NCBI GenBank assembly: GCA_964016885.1
Contig: OZ024754.1
Span: 39,432,001-39,496,000, forward strand
From: Eledone cirrhosa
Lineage: Eukaryota
Length of the DNA: 64,000 bases
Direction: 5' to 3'
A program made the translations under genes and the position numbers. Shown piece by piece: positions 25,165 through 38,446 of the stretch. Within the stretch, counting starts at the first letter, position 1. Each line of letters begins with the position of its first letter. The notes under the pieces are model-generated. The model was not told the DNA's origin. It was given only the letters and a program-made list of their open reading frames with translations, and ran no database searches.

Positions 25165-25593
25165 TTACTGGTACTTTATTTCATCGACCCTGTAAGGATG
25201 AAAGGCAAAGCTAACATCGGTGGGGGTTACTGGTACTTTATTTCATCGACCCTGTAAGGATGAAAGGCAAAGCTAACATCGGTGGGGGTTACTGGTACTT
25301 TATTTCATCGACCCTGTAAGGATGAAAGGCAAAGCTAACATCGGTGGGGGTTACTGGTACTTTATTTTATCGACCCTGTAAGGATGAAAGGCAAAGCTAA
25401 CATCGGTGGGGGTTACTGGTACTTTATTTCATCGACCCTGTAAGGATGAAAGGCAAAGCTAACATCGGTGGGGGTTACTGGTACTTTATTTTATCGACCC
25501 TGTAAGGATGAAAGGCAAAGCTAACATCGGTGGGGGTTACTGGTACTTTATTTTATCGACCCTGTAAGGATGAAAGGCTAACCTCGGTGGGGG
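25165..25593. repeat. Minisatellite, 7 x 62 bp, consisting of the amplified SINE core
   Basis: Unit TTACTGGTACTTTATTTCATCGACCCTGTAAGGATGAAAGGCAAAGCTAACATCGGTGGGGG. Confidence 0.95.
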
Positions 25594-25759
25594 TTTGAAC
25601 TGAGAATGTAGTAAATTGCCGTAACTATAAGCTGCAAAGCATCTTGTCTGACACTCTACCAACTCTACCAATCCACTGCCCTCGTTCAATAACTAATAAT
25701 AAATAACTCCTCAGTTGTTGTAACAGATAGATCACCGAGTTATAGTTTAAATAACATTT

Positions 25760-26224
25760 TACTATTAGTACGCACCTGTTTACTACTGGTACGCATCTGT
25801 TTACTACTGGTACGCATCTGTTTACTACTGGTACGCATCTGTTTACTACTGGTACGCGCATCTATTTACTATTGGTACGCGTCTATTTACTATTGGTACG
25901 CATCTATTTACCACTAGTACGCATCTATTTACTATTGGTACGCATCTATTTACCACTAGTACGCATCTATTTACTATTGGTACGCATCTATTTACCACTA
26001 GTACGCATCTATTTACTATTGGTACGCATCTATTTACCACTAGTACGCATCTATTTACTATTGGTACGCATCTATTTACCACTAGTACGCATCTATTTAC
26101 TATTGGTACGCATCTATTTACCACTAGTACACATCTATTTACCACTAGTACGCACCTATTTACTATTGGTACGCATCTATTTACCACTAGTACGCATCTA
26201 TTTACCACTAGTACGCATCTATTT
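25760..26224. repeat. 21-bp minisatellite, about 22 units, with A/B alternation
   Basis: TACTATTGGTACGCATCTATT alternating with TACCACTAGTACGCATCTATT. Confidence 0.95.
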
Positions 26225-26702
26225 ATAATCAACATATATTTTTTAAAAAAAGAAACATAGCATGCCCAATATAGATTTCAGGCTTAGTAGCCAGTGTAGT
26301 CTATAGAATGAGGGAACATATGTAAGCAAGTTGTAGACCCAGGTCCATCTGAGATGTCAGTAGCCCTGAATGAATACTGACTTGGTTTGTGGCAAACCAT
26401 CCGACCCATGCTAGAAGGGAAAATGGACATTAAATGATGACGACGATGATGATGATGATCTTTGACCAAATAGTTTCTTTCTTCTGCCAGGACTTGCTAT
26501 TGATAATATCAACAATGGAAAGACAAACGGAAATATTGATTCCTTTGTCCTATATGACTAGTAACTCTTTTCCTTTTTTATTCCTAATTATTCATTAAAA
26601 TATTAATATCTTATATATATATATAACAAAGAGTGTGTTGTAAGTAACCAGGTGGACCAAAACACACCAGAATACTCAATACTTAGGGTAGTAGAATGGG
26701 TA

Positions 26703-26850
26703 ATATGAAAAAACGTCAGGACCCCGACGGCTGAGCTCCGGCCGTTTCGACAGCTAGATCCAAACTAAAACACCAATTGGTGGCTTAGTTCGGATCTAGC
26801 TGTTGAAATGGCCGGAGCTCAGCCGTCGGGGGCCCTGACTCTTTTCATAT
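26703..26850. repeat. GC-rich imperfect palindrome (about 74-bp arms, centre CACCAATTGGTG); half copy at 7178-7239
   Basis: GACGGCTGAGCTCCGGCCGTTTCGACAGCTAGATCC versus GGATCTAGCTGTTGAAATGGCCGGAGCTCAGCCGTC. Confidence 0.9.
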
Positions 26851-26914
26851 ATATATATTGCATATAGCAATAACTACGATTTTCTAGAAGCATCTTGTTA
26901 GACAAATATTAATT

Positions 26915-27074
26915 CACACCCTCTTCAGTAACTTTCCCTGTCATATCTTATGTCACTCCCTCTTCAGTAACTTTCCCTGTCATATCTTATGTCACTCCCT
27001 CTTCAGTAACTTTCCCTGTCATATCCTATGTCACTCCCTCTTCAGTAACTTTCCCTGTCATATCTTATGTCACT
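26915..27074. repeat. 39-bp tandem repeat x4
   Basis: Unit CACTCCCTCTTCAGTAACTTTCCCTGTCATATCTTATGT. Confidence 0.93.
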
Positions 27075-27343
27075 GCTTTCTATGCCTCCTCTATAACTTC
27101 TACTACAATGGTCTCTGCTCCTCAGATCTTGCTTGTTCCTATATCATCTCTACTTCAGCCCAAATCTCTCTCTCTCTTCCTTCTACTACTTTTACTACTA
27201 TACCTGACCCTTTAGATTCAGCACAGCACAAAAGAACCATTTCTTCATTTTCTCAAGACATCTACATCTCTCAGGAACTATTTTCTCAGGGAAATTTTCC
27301 CCCACAAAAACGAAGCAAAAAAAAAAAAAAAAAAAAAAAAAGC

Positions 27344-27374
<31 letters not shown>

Positions 27375-28453
27375 GCAGCAGCAGCAGCAGCAAAAAGAAC
27401 AGCAACAGACTTCTCAATTTCCAAAACAAGCACTAGATCTATGAATCTTAATATCTTATATTTCACAACCCATTCCTATATTATTTTACTCATTAGACAG
27501 CAGCCTGTGGGGGCACTGCCTTGAAGGGATTCACTTCAACATACTAACCCCATTTGATATCAAATTGCCTGAAACTGTCCCTAGTTCTATCATACAAAAC
27601 TGTTTATTTTAAAGTGTTTATATTTATTTTTGTAGCTGCCCTTGTTTTTCACTTTCTTAAAATCTTATTTATGCTCCTTTTAGCTCCTGTTGGCCATCTT
27701 TTTTTAATCTCTCTGTCAATCTTGTCCTTGTTTCTTAACTGTAAGGGGTACTAGATGCCTCCCTTAGTTCTGTCCAAAGTCTAAAGTCTGTCTCAAGCCA
27801 GGAGGCTCGTTAGGCAGGTGCTTATCCCAGTTTCATGGCGTGAAGTGACAGAGTACAAGACTTCCCCCTGGACAAGACACCAGTCTATCATTGGGTTAAA
27901 CCCCCAGCTATTACTGGTACTCATTTTCAGCTGAGTATATTGGAGTAACTTGAAATGAAGTGTTTTGCTCAAGAACACAATACACAACCCAGCCCAGGAA
28001 TCGAACCCACAACATCATTATTGTAAATCCAACACCCTTACCACTAGGCCACATACTTTCCCTAGCTCTATACAGAAGTTTAAATTGATTAAATAAATAA
28101 CTAAACATCTAAGAATCTTCCATCATAATTTTATGTCAGTACCTTTGTTAACTTATGGTCTAAACACCAGATTAATAAAGTAAAAGTTAGTTATATTACT
28201 AAATTCTGCCGAATTATTGAATATTTTCAAAATTATTTGAAAATTATAAGCAGTGTCTTTCATTAGAAAGACATATGGTAACGAAAATATTAACTAATTC
28301 TAAAACATTCAATTTCTGCTTACTCTTTTTTTCATCATTAACTCCAAGCAGCATCCTTTAATTTCAGTAAAGGATTATTTGGAATAGTTTATAGAAACTA
28401 ATATTCCTTTAGTGTGTGTGTGCAAAAGTATGGGGGAAAAAAACCAGTCATAA

Positions 28454-28496
28454 AATGATGATGATGATGATGATGATAATGATGATGATGATTATA

Positions 28497-28550
<54 letters not shown>

Positions 28551-28870
28551 TGTGCATGCACCAGTATGGAAAAACAGGCAGAAAATGATGATTGTGAGTT
28601 TGTCTGTCATGTTGTGTAAGTTGTGCTGTGTTGTGTTCTGTGTGTCATGTGGTGTTGTGTTCTGTGTGTGTCATGTGGTGTTGTGTAAGTTGTGTCGTGT
28701 TGTGTTGGGTTGTGTGTGTATGTTGTGTTGTGTGTGTGTTGGGTTGTATGTGTATGTTGTGTCGTGTTGTGTTGTGTGTGTATGTTGTGTCGTGTTGTGT
28801 GTGTATGTTGTGTCGTGTTGTGTGTGTATGTTGTGTCGTGTTGTGTGTGTATGTTGTTTGTGTGTATATA
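28454..28870. repeat. (ATG)n tract followed by a GT-rich degenerate repeat (GTTGTGTCGTGTTGTGTGTGTAT)
   Basis: Directly visible. It produces the poly-M, poly-H and C/V-rich ORFs. Confidence 0.9.
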
Positions 28871-30015
28871 AATGTCAAATCAAAAGACCCGATATATAAA
28901 CAATAAAACATGTGTAGATTGATTTAAAATAAGAAAACAATGGAATAGGTAGAGCCATTAGATGAATTGGTAGTCATTGGGCTGTTGGGATGCCTTGGTA
29001 TTTCTTCCAGATCATTGTGTTCTGAGTCCAAATGTCACCGAGGTCAACTTAGCCTTTTATCCTTTCAGGGTCAATAAATAAAATACCATTCTAGAGGTCG
29101 TGAATCAGTAGAATTATTAAATAGCCAGGCAGTATACTTTGTGGTATGTCTTCTATCTTTGTGTGTTCTGCCTTCTGCTAGCTGTTGTGACTGACAGATA
29201 GTGTCCACCATGGAAAGACCAATAGAAACATTGTTTCTTTGGTTTGAGCAGATGATCAGCTCCTTTTTTCTGCCAGGAGTTGCAACCAGCATAGTTTTCA
29301 TGGTTTGATCGAATGCTCAGCTCCTTTCTTCTGCCAGGAGTTGTGACAAGTAAATAGTATCAACAATGGGAAGACCAATGGAAATATTGTTTACTTGTTC
29401 AGATCTAAGGATCAGCCCCTTTCCATTCTTTACATTAACATGCTCACCTAATTACCTACAAAAGGTTACATTTTCCCTCAGAGAACCTGAAGTCAGGAAG
29501 AAAGGCAGGTGTATTATCATCAATAAGGTCACAGGTTGTGACGAAAGAACTTTGACAAACCAATTAATCAATTAAACTAGTTATCTATTTGATAGTAAAA
29601 TAAAACTGAAGTGAAATACAACTAGTGTATTTGTATTGATAATATGACCCTACTGAAATGAAAAGATATAGGGTTTAGAGCTGTATAAATTTGCCCTTTA
29701 TTGTTGTTATCGTCAATCATTCCTTTTTGCTATTAGTTTGTTGTTTAATCAACACATTGAGTTCAGTTGTAATTGACCTGTTCCATATCTTTGATTGTCT
29801 TCATCACCATCATTCAGCAATAAAAAGGGAAAACATGAGAAAAACACAAACAAAAAAGAAATATCATACTTTGGTAGTTAACCAGAGAACATCATGTACA
29901 TAAATAATAATCATTTAATGATGATTGTCATCATAAAATAATTATTTTCTTAAAATTAAAACCAGAACAAAACAACTATATATCAGAAGGAATTTGTAGT
30001 TTACTTGAAACATTG

Positions 30016-30227
30016 TATATAGTATAAAGAATTCGAAGTTTGAAAGTTATGACAATGCAAATTGGATGAATAAATAATTAAGTCGTAAGCAACAAGGAGT
30101 GTTTTTTTACCTTAAAAGATGAATAAATTAAAGTAAAAACACACTCGTTGTTTCTTACAACTTAATTATTTATTCGTCCAATTCGCATTGTTGCAGCTTT
30201 CAAACTTTGAATTCTTTATACTATATA
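30016..30227. repeat. Imperfect palindrome (about 97-bp arms) just inside the intron after exon C
   Basis: TATATAGTATAAAGAATTCGAAGTTTGAAAG... / ...CTTTCAAACTTTGAATTCTTTATACTATATA, with a loop of about 18 nt. Confidence 0.9.
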
Positions 30228-30264
30228 TTATTTAGAACCAAGGAATGTTACATCAAGGATTTAC

Positions 30265-30367
30265 CTCAAAGTTTTTAGTACCATTTTCCCCTTCTTCTGG
30301 TACATCAGTTAACAAAGGTTCTAAGATATTCAAAGCAAAATGTTTCCGGCCTCTGCCTCTTGATCGG
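30265..30367 (-). CDS. Coding exon C: (R)RSRGRGRKHFALNILEPLLTDVPEEGENGTKNFE
   Basis: Acceptor gtttatttaatag and donor GAG|gtaaat. 103 nt = 1 nt + 34 codons, matching the phase-2 end of exon B. Confidence 0.88.
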
Positions 30368-30522
30368 CTATTAAATAAACAAAAATTCAAAGATAAAATT
30401 TGTAAACAATTTAGTACAAATTTTAACATTTGTTTCAGGAAAGCCCTGTAGCATTTTAAAAGTAAAATTCACATCCAATTCTTTAGATATTATTAGATTA
30501 TTTTGACAGGCATCACAAAGTA

Positions 30523-30576
<54 letters not shown>

Positions 30577-31044
30577 GACAGATAGATAGAAGTTATCAGT
30601 TGATGGATTTACCTTTACTTTAAAAAACAACATTTATATTTCAGTGTGTATGATTGACTGTAACTAAAGACGCCGCCATCAAACTTAAATTTATTTTAGT
30701 TTCCAAAAGAGAATATGTCATTTGAACAAAGTAATATTTTCATAGAAGACCACAGAGGCTAATATTTTTAGTGTAATAATAACAGAAATAATAAGGATAT
30801 TTATATCTTTCCTAAGTGTATTATTAGGTGAAGCAGAGCAGTTTCCAAACGAGTAGTAGGCTCATTCACAGAATTCTGACATGGTGGGAACTATTGCAAC
30901 TATTTTTAAATATACTAGTTAATTCAGACATTAACCTTTAAGCATTTACATAATTCTATATTTACTATTATATTTTCATAGTAAAGGCTTTACCTCACAT
31001 AATATTAAATCTATGAGAGTTTGATATTATTCATTTTGAGAACA

Positions 31045-31354
31045 CAGAGGCATGCACAGGTGGCCTGTGAGCCACAATCCGGCCTGCCAGACCAGTCAGA
31101 GTGGCCTGCGATGACCGTTTTTAATTTTTACCTTGTAGGCTTATTTAGAATTTTTTTCGTAATCGTAATACAATTTTCTGTTAGTTGACCTATACTAAAG
31201 GACTTCACTGATAGGGTTATGTGTGTTATAATTTCCCAGATCCATGTTATGGAAAGAAGTTGTGGTGAATCTTTGGAATAGTGCTTAATAAATATTAATG
31301 ACCCTAATAGTTGTTCCAATGTGGCCCGCTAATGGAATATGCTGCATACTCCTG
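31045..31354. mobile_element. hAT-like MITE nested in a TTAA MITE
   Basis: CAG...CTG termini with repeated GGCC(C/T)G subterminal motifs. It interrupts the host element 30931-31446. Confidence 0.6.
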
Positions 31355-31685
31355 CCTTAATATCAGTATGAGGGGCCGGTTATGGCTGGTTTGAACAGAA
31401 AGAGGTGAGAGAATTCTGGCCAGATACGGCCAGTTTAAAGGGTTAAAACAATTACCATATTTATGTAAATACACCTTTTGTTTTTCATAAATAAAAAAGA
31501 TTCCAACAATGTTGACTTGACCCAGGTTTACATTCATGGCTTACATTGGTTAAAGTTCAAAGGTCACTTAACCCTTTAGCATTTGCATTACTCTATATTT
31601 ACTATTGTATATTCTCAGTAAAGGCTTTATTTACCTCACATATCGAATCTATGAGATTTTGATATAATTTATTTTGAGAACAATC

Positions 31686-31845
31686 TCAGGGGTAGACTCT
31701 GAGCAAGATGGTTGGATAAGATCTAGGAGCTTGGTTGGTCCCACTTGGGGATCCAGCTGGATCAGTTGCAGACAGTTGCTTCTGACAGGACCTGCCCCCA
31801 CGACCCTCACAGGAATAAATGGGTGAAGAAGAAGAACAACGACAA
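31686..31845 (+). mobile_element. Decayed 3' end of another RTE-like LINE, inserted in the TTAA MITE 31568-31949
   Basis: Translates RGRL*ARWLDKI*ELGWSHLGIQLDQLQTVASDR. It has a (GAA)n tail and AACAAT on both sides. Confidence 0.55.
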
Positions 31846-33037
31846 CAATACCTTAAAGTAGGTATGAGTGGCCAGTTATGGCTGGTTTGAACAGAAAGAG
31901 GTGAGAGAATTCTCGCCGGAAACAGCTGATTTAAATGCTAAAGGGTTAAACATGTTTTGTCTAGAGTATGTGAACTTATTTATTCTATATATTCTATACA
32001 GCAGATATAATAAATATTATTAAACATACATCTTAATACTAAAGAAGAGCCTGTGTATAAAATGTTGCCTCCACTTCTTAGTAATATGTGTGTACAAAAA
32101 TCTTTTTCTTATATTTTTTTCACTGGTTTCACTTATTTGACCATGGTCATGCTGGGGCAGTCACTGCCTTGAAGGGACCATATCAATCAATACTAGTATT
32201 TATTTCATCGATCTCTTTTTGTCAAACTGCTAAGTTATATGACATAAACAGTAAATGTGAACACAAACAGAACCCTTATATATATATACACACACACACA
32301 CAAATGCATACATAGTGCAATTATTTAAAATTGTGACAAAGGTAAATATACAATGAATGTATAAGAAATACAATTCTTAATTACTGTTATTATAGGTATC
32401 TAACCTGTTGTGCACACAGTGTTGTTGATGCACTGGTTGCACTATATGTATAGATGCATATTTGCACAGCTTAGGGGGAGAAACAGTGCATAAAATCCCC
32501 CATCCACACCCTGATTTTCTTGCCAGTAATTATAGGTGTACATTATACATGACTGAGTAATATAACAGTCCATCTACTAGATCCAGGCCTCATTTGCTTA
32601 ACGAGTGAGGTGGAGCTCGTCAAATCAAACCGAGGAAACAATGTTTCCATCGGTCTTTCCAATTGCTAATACTATCTACTGGTCACAAATCCAGGCAGAG
32701 GGAACGTGAAATAAAGTGTCTTGCTCAAGGACATAATGAATCACTTGGCCAGGGAATCAAACTTGCAACCTTATGATTGATTGTGAATTCAATTCTCTAA
32801 CCCCTCAGCCATGCGCTTTCACAACTGAGTAATATATACAAACAAATATAATATGGTGTAGCAATGGCACTTGTAGTGATTTTTGGTAATAATTAGTGAA
32901 TAATATCTGATGTGAAATGTGTTCTGGATTATTATATGATGTGTTGATGTAATTCTATCTTTCTCTGGAATGTATAATAGAGAACCAGTCTAATTCCTTT
33001 GTGGCTTTAGTTCAAAATCCTAGTTCTTAGCTTAGAA

Positions 33038-33348
33038 CAGAGCTCCCTAAAGTAGTAAATATTGACCTCTAGTGGTTGATTAGACTGCCCAGGAGGTCAA
33101 CTGAACTTTTGAACATTCTCAACCTGACATTTGTATAAGAAATGAAAATACATAAAATAATACAATAAAAAATCCAATTTGCTTTCACAGATTTTTGATT
33201 TATATATAATTAGTTTTGATTTTGTCTATTTTATATTCTGTTTACTGGTTTATTTATTTACTTAATTATTTTTGTACACATCTGGGGTCAACGAGAGGTC
33301 AAAGATTTCTTGAAGGGGTTGAAGGTCTAAAATATTTGGGAATCCCTG
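33038..33348. mobile_element. hAT (Charlie-like) MITE
   Basis: Imperfect TIRs CAGAGCTCCCTAAA / TTTGGGAATCCCTG. 8-bp TSD GCTTAGAA / GCTGAGAA. Confidence 0.75.
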
Positions 33349-36300
33349 GCTGAGAACCTGCAAAGCCGATTTTAAGTTTTATTCTACAGGATCTATTAAA
33401 TAAATGCTTGTAAAATATTGGTGCAGATTAAATGAACCTACAGGAAAACTCCCTTTTGTCTCCTTTGTAGGAACACCAATATGGGGCCAAATGCAATACA
33501 GTATGTGGTTTTGCTTCTCCAAGTTCAGAATTCAAATCTTCTCAGAGTGAACTTTACATTTCATCTGTTCAAAGTAAAGTCAATGAAACAGCCCCAGTAA
33601 TATTACTAGGGTCAATTCAGTTGATTAACCCTTTTGACACCAAACTGCATGAAACTATCCATGGTTCTACAAAACTGTTTATTTTAAAGTATTTATATAA
33701 GAACCTTTGTTAAGACATGCCCTAAACAACAGCTTAATAATTCTTATTTTCAAAATGATTTTAAAATGTCTTAAAGCTCTCCCTTTCAAATGTGATTTTT
33801 TTTTAAAAAGTCATTATTTGTTTAGGGTGCTGGGTTCATGATGATGAGGGTATAAGTTTCATTCTTGAACAAGACATTTTATTTCACGTTGCTCCAGTTC
33901 ACTCAGCTGGAAAGAGTTGTGATGACACTAGTGCTAAGCTGTATCAGCCTTGGTGTTTCTCTTGAACAACAACAGTGGTATTAAGAGGGGAGATTGGCAT
34001 GCATGGGCAAATGCTGGTCTTCCACGAAACACTGTGGAGAGGAATCTTCCAGGTGCAAATCTCTGGTCAGTGATAATCGAAGTGAGCCACTCTATATACT
34101 TCATGAAATACTGTGAGCAATACTAAACTGAATAGAAGGTTGAAGTAATTGAGACTTATTCAACTTAAACCAGCATAGAAAATGGTTATAAAACCATAGT
34201 TGTCGGCACCAAAAGCTATTATGGGAGCTGAGTTCCTACATGATAGCTCAACTTGTTAGAAATAGCAGCCAAATCTCCATGTCATACCCTATTGTCTGAA
34301 ATTAAGGATACATTAAATAATGTAACCTTGTATCCTCAAAAAAGAATGGGCTGATCACTCATTTTTCATCATTGCCTTCTAGATCAGTGAATTGCAAAAC
34401 TGGTTACGTTCTGGACAAAAAGCCTTACAATATTCTAGTTTACGTTACTTTACATTCTGAGTTCAAATCCTGCTGAAGTTGATTCTTGTATTTCAGCTAT
34501 TCTAGGATCAATAAAATATGTACTTGTCAATCATAGGGTGGATATATCAACTATAGTCCCCCTTAATTGTATCTAGCCTTGTGTCTAAGTTATGCTGTGT
34601 ATTCGGTTTGGAATAGGCAGATCTCTTCCCCCGTGTGCTTTAAGAGGCGACTAAAAAGGTTGGTGATAGGAAGAGCATTCAGCTGTAAACTGGTACCATT
34701 AAAAAACTATGATGTGCATTAAGTTTTTCATGGGGCCTATAAGGATAACCTTGGTTTTAACAGGGGGGAAGTGACTTTGAAATGCTTGCTACTGCTTGTG
34801 CCAAAGTAAGAAATCATTATTTATATGAGAAAATAATAATGTTGAGTAATTCCATTACTTTTAAACAGTTTCTAGTTGAAATAATTGTTAACTTCAAACA
34901 TAGAAATTATTTACATCAACAAAACAATCATTGTGTCTAAGTCCACTTTCTCATGCTGGCATGGGTTGGACAAGACCTTTTTGAAGCAGAATTCTATGTC
35001 CTGATGTCCTTCTTGCCATCAAAGCTGTGTGTATGTGTGTGTGTATATATATATATATAGACAGTTGATCAACAAGATTCCAGACTTTATTCGCTTAACG
35101 AGCGAGGGTAGAGCTTGTCAAATCTGACCGAGGAAACAATGTTTCCATTGGTCTTTCCAATTGCTAATACTATCTATATATATATATAAAATTTTATATA
35201 AGAACCTCAAAATTCTTCATTAATTAATTGAAATAGAGTGTATTTCATTAGAAATACAGTCTTGAAAGGGTTAAGTTGTGTTCCAAATACCAACTTAATA
35301 ATGAGAAAAGTAGTTATATGACCAAATCTCTCGAGATTTTTTATAATTTTCAAAGTTATTTGAAGAATCATAGACAGTGTCTTTCATTAGAAATATGGTA
35401 ATGAAAGGATTAATTCTTTTGATACCAAGCTGCCTTAAACTATCCATTCTTCTATGTTATTAAGCTCTTTATTTAAATATTTATACTTATCTAAAATCCT
35501 TCCAACATAATTGTAAGAACCTCTGTTAAGTTATGTTCCCATCAGCAGCTTCAGAATGAGAAAATTAGTTATATTACTAAATCTTTCCAAATTCTTTATT
35601 TTCAAAATGATTTAACTCTAGCATTTAAACTGGCATATCCAACCAGAATTCTCTCACCTTTGTCTGTTCAAACTGGCTGTAACTGGCTGAGCTTATTGAT
35701 GTTTAGGTATTATTCTCAAAATGAATAACATCAAAATTTCATAGATTCGATATTATGTTGAGATAATTATCTAAGATAAAGTTTTTATCACAAAAATACA
35801 ATACTAAATATAGAGAAATGTAAATGCTAAAGGGTTAAAAACCATAGGCAGTGCCTTTCTTTCACTAGAAATATGATAATGACAGGATTAACAATGTAAT
35901 TAAAGTCTTGATAGAAGAAAATACACCTTCAATAGTAAAAAAAATGATAATAATTAAATGTAATACCAATCAGAAAGTTCTTATTCGTTCACACTATATA
36001 TTTAGTTGTTTCTCCACACACTAAGAAAGGGTTGGTATCAAAGGCATGAACATGTAAAAACAATGCTAAAAAAAGGGAACATATGAGCAAAATGTGCTCC
36101 CTCAGCTTGTTTAGTTTTGAGCCATGGCAACATATCCAACCCATATCAGCATGGAATATGGATGTTAAATGATGATGATCATGTCAGAATTATTAAAAGA
36201 CAATGGTAATTCCAATCATCATCACCATTTATGTGAATAATAAATAAGATTCTACCTCAAAATTATTTTTACAAAAATTATTCTAATAAAACATTGTAAA

Positions 36301-36994
36301 AATATTTTTTTTTAAAAAAGCATTAAAAATCGACTCGAATCTAATTAATTTTTTAATTTTTTTTACTTTATGAAAATCCTAAAATAATAGTGTTGTGTGT
36401 GATTTTTAACAAAAACCATATATGGCACCTAAGATTTTATGTTGTAGTGGTGGTTTATAAAGTTCTTTCGTAAGGGTTTTTAGTTTTTCACCCTTTCGTT
36501 ACTATACTTCTAATGAAATACAGTCTATGATTTTCAAATAATTGTTTAAATAATTAGAAGTTTGAAGGGATTTAATATATAACTAACTTTCTCATTATCA
36601 AGTTGTTGTTTGGAAGAGAACTTAACAAGGCTCTTACAATAAAATATAATGGAAAGTTTAAATCTAAACACAAACACTTTGAAACAAATTGTTTTTCATT
36701 GTAGAAATAAAGGTAATTTTAGGTGGGTTGGTATAAAAAGGGTTGAGGCATAAACTATATCACTATGTTATGATCATCTAAAAGTGATAAATACACTTTG
36801 TTCATGTTGGCATAATCAGTAATGGTTCTAGAAATTCTTTCAAATATGTAGAATGGAATTAAGATTTCTGTTCCTTAAATAAACCAGCTTTAAAGTAAGA
36901 ATAGTGAAAAAAAAAAAAAAAAATGTTTTTTTTAATTTGTCAGTTAGGTTGGCTAGAGAGAAAGTAAAATGGTAGGTCTTACCTAACAGGGGAC

Positions 36995-37061
36995 ACATAA
37001 GTATTGATTAGCATGGTTGACTTCCAAGCAGTTAATCCGGGTTCAATTCTGGACTGATGTA
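36995..37061 (+). pseudogene. tRNA-Gly(TCC) pseudogene
   Basis: AGCATGGTTGACTTCCAAGCAGTTAATCCGGGTTCAATTCTGGACTGATGTA aligns to metazoan tRNA-Gly(TCC) AGCATAGCTGCCTTCCAAGCAGTTGACCCGGGTTCGATTCCCGGCCAACGCA. Anticodon at 37023-37025; the acceptor and D arms are decayed. Confidence 0.75.
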
Positions 37062-38421
37062 GTCATGTATTCTTAATGAAGTACAGTGGCTATGGGATAA
37101 AGGGGCTTGACTTCTCTAATCAAAAGATCACAAATTTCAAATGTTCTACAGCTATTACCATATTTATGTCCCTATACAACAGATAATATTCTTTGAGCTG
37201 AAAACTAGGGACCATTTCCAATTCAATGAATGTCTTGTATTAGAAAAATATATAACAGTGAAACACTCTCCAAATATGTTATTAGCAAACTTTCCAAATC
37301 ATGGGAAAATAATTGTAAACTATCAAGAAAATGAAATTGGATGGAAGGAGAAAGAGTTTTGTATGATCTGTGGACAGATAGTCCAGCTCCCTAATCACTT
37401 AGCCACTGTGCCTACCTGCCAATAATATTTTCACAAATCATTCCAAACCATCAACATTTTCAGAAATTTGAAATATTCAGTTGCAGGAAATGTTTATTTA
37501 TTGCTAAATAAACCAAAGCTTCTCAAGGGATTGATTGGCAACAATCAATGTTTCAAACACCGAAAAAGTATTGATTTGTTGCCTAATCACTTATTAACTT
37601 AACATAAACTTTTTCAGATTTAAATCCATTCAAACTCTTCAGACACCAAAGTCTACAGTAACAATCTATCACTTTGTACAGTTCCTTTAACAAAAACTTA
37701 ATATATATATGTATATAAAAAAAATGGAAAAAAAAGCAAAACAAATAAATCATCCACAATAATAAAATTTATTGGCCAGTAAATATAATTTGTACAGGTT
37801 TTTAAATATTTTTTTCCATCAAACTACTTTTCTACAAAACAAAGATTTGTAATTAGAAAATACTGAATCTTAAGTTAGCATGAAAAAATGTGTGTGTGAT
37901 AATTTGTATATAAATAATTAGATATTACTTATATAAAGAAACCAATGCAAAATGCAGAGTCCACCGACTTAGTGAAATAAGTATCTCACTAAATATTTTC
38001 TTTTTTCTTTCTTTCTTTTTTTTTTTTTTTTTTTTTTGAAAAGAATGAATTCGAAACATGCTTCTACCAATATATGTATGAGCTGCAGAGAATTGGCATC
38101 ACATGAATAGAAAAGAGGAGAAATGAGAGAGAGAGAGGAGAGAGAGAGAGTTGTACAATGTATTAAGAAATAAATTACAGGTCGTTGATGTTGAATAGCA
38201 ATGGAAAAGTGGAGTCAGTTAAATTAGTAGAGGTGTGTTTGGTTAGCGACCGAAATGCTAGGCTGAGAGAAGAACTGTCCGCAAAAATTAAAGATGATTG
38301 TTGAAGAACGATTTCAAGGTATTTAAGGACTCTGGGGTAAATTTGGAATGTAAAATCATATGCTGAGAAAACAAAAAACAAAACAAAACAATGTCCAAGA
38401 AAAAATGTTTCTCAAGTTATT

Positions 38422-38446
38422 TCAGCGGGACCCATCGGGATCAGAG
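38422..38446 (-). CDS. Possible alternative terminal exon after exon B: (R)SDPDGSR*
   Basis: Acceptor ctattttctgttag. In phase with the exon B donor it reads C TCT GAT CCC GAT GGG TCC CGC TGA. Followed by repeat-poor, U-rich, 3'UTR-like sequence. Confidence 0.3.

Noticed and set aside
15063-26224. Regular tandem arrays (47-48, 62 and 21 bp) as CRISPR candidates
   Set aside because: No unique spacers, no cas genes and a eukaryotic context. Two of them derive from LINE or SINE sequence.
28398-28911. Poly-His, poly-Met and Cys/Val-rich (metallothionein-like) ORFs
   Set aside because: Translations of (ATG)n and GT-rich simple repeats.
34600-34665. TAAGAGGCGACTAA motif reminiscent of structured RTE/SINE RNA (possible HDV-like ribozyme)
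   Set aside because: I could not build the nested double pseudoknot from the surrounding sequence.
37590-37650. Minus-strand CTGAAGA...GAAA (and a similar + strand case at 6977-7000)
   Set aside because: Spacing is off and there is no stem I complementarity; expected by chance in AT-rich DNA.
38175-38381. 68-aa ORF as a coding exon
   Set aside because: Its frame is incompatible with the phase-2 donor of exon B, where splicing gives an immediate stop. No recognisable homology.
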